Shown here one piece after another: positions 61,801 to 64,000 of a stretch of DNA of 64,000 nucleotides (the first letter of the stretch is position 1; each line of letters starts with the position of its first letter). Made by a program: the position numbers and the translations under genes. Source of the stretch: Iphione sp. A-MEVVRFRX5 (lineage: Eukaryota); assembly GCA_976226885.1 (NCBI GenBank), contig OZ320313.1:161262001-161326000 (forward strand). Reading direction: 5' to 3'. The notes under the pieces are model-generated. The model did not search any database. It was not told where the DNA came from and saw nothing but the letters and a program-made list of their open reading frames with translations.

Positions 61801-63962
61801 ATGAGTAAAACATAGATGGTTTGCCAATCGCAAACGGTTTAAGAAACGGGTACTGCCGACGTAATTTTTACTAAATTGTGATCAGCTCATTGTCCCCCAC
61901 CTCCGAGAGGAACAGGGGGCGTAAGGGTATACCCAGTAACGCATTACCAGGAATTCAGATCAATCATAGCGTTAAAAAAACAAGCAGTATCTGCTTCACC
62001 AAGAATCTATTCTTTGATAACACATCTCCACTAATTGTTGTGTAGCATTTAGCGTCAAATTAGAAGGCCAATAACGTTCCACCATGAATTTAAAAAGCCC
62101 AATAATGCTTCACCAAAATAGTCGTCACCCCCTGTTAAGGAACGCTGCTGTCCGACCCTCTGTCCGACCCTCGTCACAACCTTGTGGGTCTGTCTCCTTC
62201 ATTGCATCAATTGCTCTCATNNNNNNNNNNNNNNNNNNNNNNNNNNNNNNNNNNNNNNNNNNNNNNNNNNNNNNNNNNNNNNNNNNNNNNNNNNNNNNNN
62301 NNNNNNNNNNNNNNNNNNNNNNNNNNNNNNNNNNNNNNNNNNNNNNNNNNNNNNNNNNNNNNNNNNNNNNNNNNNNNCTCCGTTATGATGTTGTGGGCCT
62401 TATAATTCCCAGACCACTGAACTAAATGTCCTGATATTTTAGTATTACATTTTCTTAATTGGACGCTCGCATATTATGGTATTTTTAAGGTACTTCATAT
62501 AAAGAAAAAACTACAAATGTACAATCACCACCGGCCAGCTGGGTGGTATACGATATGTGGTGTTGGTCAGCTGTGTGTACTGAGGCATATTATTACATGT
62601 AATTATGCAAGTGAGATGATAAGTGTTAGATGTGGGGGACAAAAGACCTCGGAGGCCCCTCTCTTGTTAAATGTGGTGTTCCTCTATATGGATTATTGAC
62701 ATTGGCTTATTTTTGTATTATTCTAAGTGATTTATGAGTCAAATTTTTGTTTTAATTTGTGGTTAGGCCCAAAAAATAGGTGTGTTTCTGGTAACCCACC
62801 CTACATAGTAAAACCTCACCCTACCTAAAAGTTTTTTGGCCCCAAAGAGTTTCCAAGGCTGAATTTCCTTAGATATGTGTTTTCACGGCATATGTTTTTT
62901 ATAAATTCAGTAGAAAAACAACAAAATCCATGGAAATTCACTAAAAAACTGTAAAACTTATACAGATTAGTCAAAATTCTTGATATTGTCTTTATTATTA
63001 TTGAAAACCAGAGGAAGAAACTGGAAAAAAAATCTAAAAAAAAAAGATACCCGCTCCCTACCTAGGTTTTTAGCTGGTCCTTACCAGAAACACACCTATT
63101 ATTTTTGGGGGCCTTACGTACACAAATTGACATGCACACAGTTTGTAGATTTCAATTCGATATTTTTGTCCCTGAACTTGAAGAGTAGGGTGGAAATTTA
63201 GGAATTCTGCTGTCTGACGATAAACCCTTCGTCATGATCTTGTGGGTCTATTTCCCTTAAACTACTGTATCAAGGGATCCGATGTAAAAAAAAATAGTGT
63301 TTCTCCGAATAGACTTGGAGACTGGTATAATTTTGATTTTTGTATCATTTCATATGATCTGATCAATGTGTTTTAATATGTGGCTGAACAGGCAGTCTGA
63401 CCATAACACGGTCAGTTTGTTTGCAGATTTCAAGACATTAAACAATGTCATGGTTTGCTCACCCAGACAGAACTACTTACATGTATTTCCACTTGATGGA
63501 AGGGTTGATGGGGGATGATTGACCTTTTGGGTACCCTTCCGTCTGAAACACTGGCCAGCTAGTGTTCAACTTGTGAACTAAATCTAGTGGTGTTATAGTA
63601 TGGTTAGGATTCAGTTACATAACATTTTACCAGTTGTATAGATTTCTAAGTGTAAATTATGAATAGAAATATGTCTGTGGAGTTCAAAAATACATGTATG
63701 CAAATAATATAACGGTAGGCTTAATTAAAGACAAGACTCTTGAGAGTAGAATGTGTAAGCAATGTTGTGCAGCAACAATAGCCTGAGCTAGTTTGCTCAG
63801 TACTTCACCATGAAAAGTTTCCCATACGATAGTTGCTCTATTTTCTTTTGTAGGTATGTCCTGTAGGCTACGAAGCCAACAGTACAAACACGGGGTGTGT
63901 GCCATGCAGTGGGGGCTACTATAGAGGATCGGGAGATATCACCTGCCAGCAATGCGCAAAAG
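38660..63962 (+). CDS. Secreted or membrane Cys-rich protein with GCC2/GCC3 (ephrin-receptor-like, TNFR-like) repeats; first 4 exons, 3'-partial
   Basis: Exons 38660-38723, 44220-44334, 55180-55318 and 63854-63962 join in phase (1,2,0) with strong GT-AG sites: MTAGRSCLPLLIYTATLWLALGFTTVEA-IDCSVDCANNCSAGEYFDATTSTCVRCDPGFYCEGNGAPRMPCDVGTANPVQDASSQSACVACTGKEYSDAQGSATCKVCPVGYEANSTNTGCVPCSGGYYRGSGDITCQQCAK. Confidence 0.85.
39058..39229. mobile_element. pogo/Tc1-type MITE
   Basis: Left TAGTGGAGTATTTATGACCA versus reverse-complemented right end CAGTGGAGTCTCTATTTATGACCA. Confidence 0.65.
40400..40713. mobile_element. Harbinger-type MITE family C, copy 1
   Basis: TIR GGCGCAGTTCACAT / ATCTGAACAGCGCC; flanks TTA / TCA; similar size and termini to 61367-61676. 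Confidence 0.7.
41150..42093. mobile_element. CCCGGTCCC-terminus element, copy 2 (3 tandem units, about 250 bp extra insert)
   Basis: Colinear with 36141-36981; extra sequence at about 41320-41570. Confidence 0.8.
47870..48360. repeat. Degenerate composite tandem repeat built on GATTCACACCAT
   Basis: An about 175 bp block occurs twice (about 47880 and 48058), followed by shorter ACTCAGGCCTTGACTGATTCACACC units. Confidence 0.75.
48380..48700 (+). pseudogene. Possible LINE (L2/CR1-group) ORF2 3' remnant
   Basis: Fragments ..DELRWSSL.. and DRFSAAAP(x)LNML resemble the L.W..L..RR and FSVAAPKLWN.LP motifs; heavily decayed. Confidence 0.3.
53532..54080. repeat. Minisatellite, exact 92 bp period, about 6 copies
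   Basis: GGCAGGAGGAAATAC recurs at 53624, 53716, 53808, 53900 and 53992. Confidence 0.95.
58560..58988. mobile_element. CAGGCCCGTAGCCA-TIR MITE family, copy 4 (two internal (GA)n modules)
   Basis: CAGGCCCATAGCCA ... TGGTTACGGGCCTG; repeated AGGAGTTCCACC..CTAGGCCTATAGCCAAG modules. Confidence 0.85.
59595..60035. promoter_or_regulatory. Isolated CpG/GC-rich island inside intron 3 of the Cys-rich gene
   Basis: Dense CpG (cgcgcgcgcg, gcgcccgcgcgc) and poly-C/G tracts against an AT-rich background; function unknown. Confidence 0.35.
61367..61676. mobile_element. Harbinger-type MITE family C, copy 2
   Basis: GGCTCTGTTCACAT ... ATATGAACAACCCC with a TTA TSD on both sides. Confidence 0.75.
62766..63113. 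mobile_element. Harbinger/Tourist-type MITE family A, copy 2 (opposite orientation)
   Basis: Same TIR as 12195-12458, TTA TSD at 62763-62765 and 63114-63116; interior matches the reverse complement of copy 1 plus about 85 bp extra. Confidence 0.9.
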
Positions 63963-64000
63963 GTAAACTTGACGCCATCATAATGTTGAGGTTAATGTAA

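Noticed and set aside
37178-62425. Track ORFs containing X runs or SLSL/ERER repeats
   Set aside because: Artefacts of N gaps and (GA)n/(CT)n microsatellites.

Overview
Animal (invertebrate-type, intron-rich, AT-rich) genomic DNA with four N gaps; not prokaryotic, no CRISPR. Left to right: (1) an ISL2EU/PIF-Harbinger-type DNA transposon running off the left edge, with an intact spliced DDE transposase (+) convergent on a spliced SWIM + YqaJ (lambda-type) exonuclease gene (-) that carries one nonsense codon; (2) a complete 12-exon dynactin subunit 4 gene (DCTN4, 456 aa) among several MITEs; (3) a young 7.46 kb Ty3/Gypsy LTR retrotransposon (ATAT TSD, about 98% identical LTRs, tRNA-Leu PBS, PPT, -1 frameshift signal, gag-PR-RT-RH). 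It has no integrase core and instead carries a two-finger C2H2 ORF, a second non-env accessory ORF, and seven 3'-UTR hairpins sharing a UGUACU loop with differing stems; this is the most unusual object in the window; (4) a decayed pogo/Tigger transposase and more non-autonomous TIR elements and minisatellites; (5) the first four exons of a signal-peptide-bearing Cys-rich GCC2/GCC3 (ephrin-receptor-like) repeat gene with 5-11 kb introns that continues past the right edge. Exon structures were assembled by eye from GT-AG sites and phase matching; no database searches were run.
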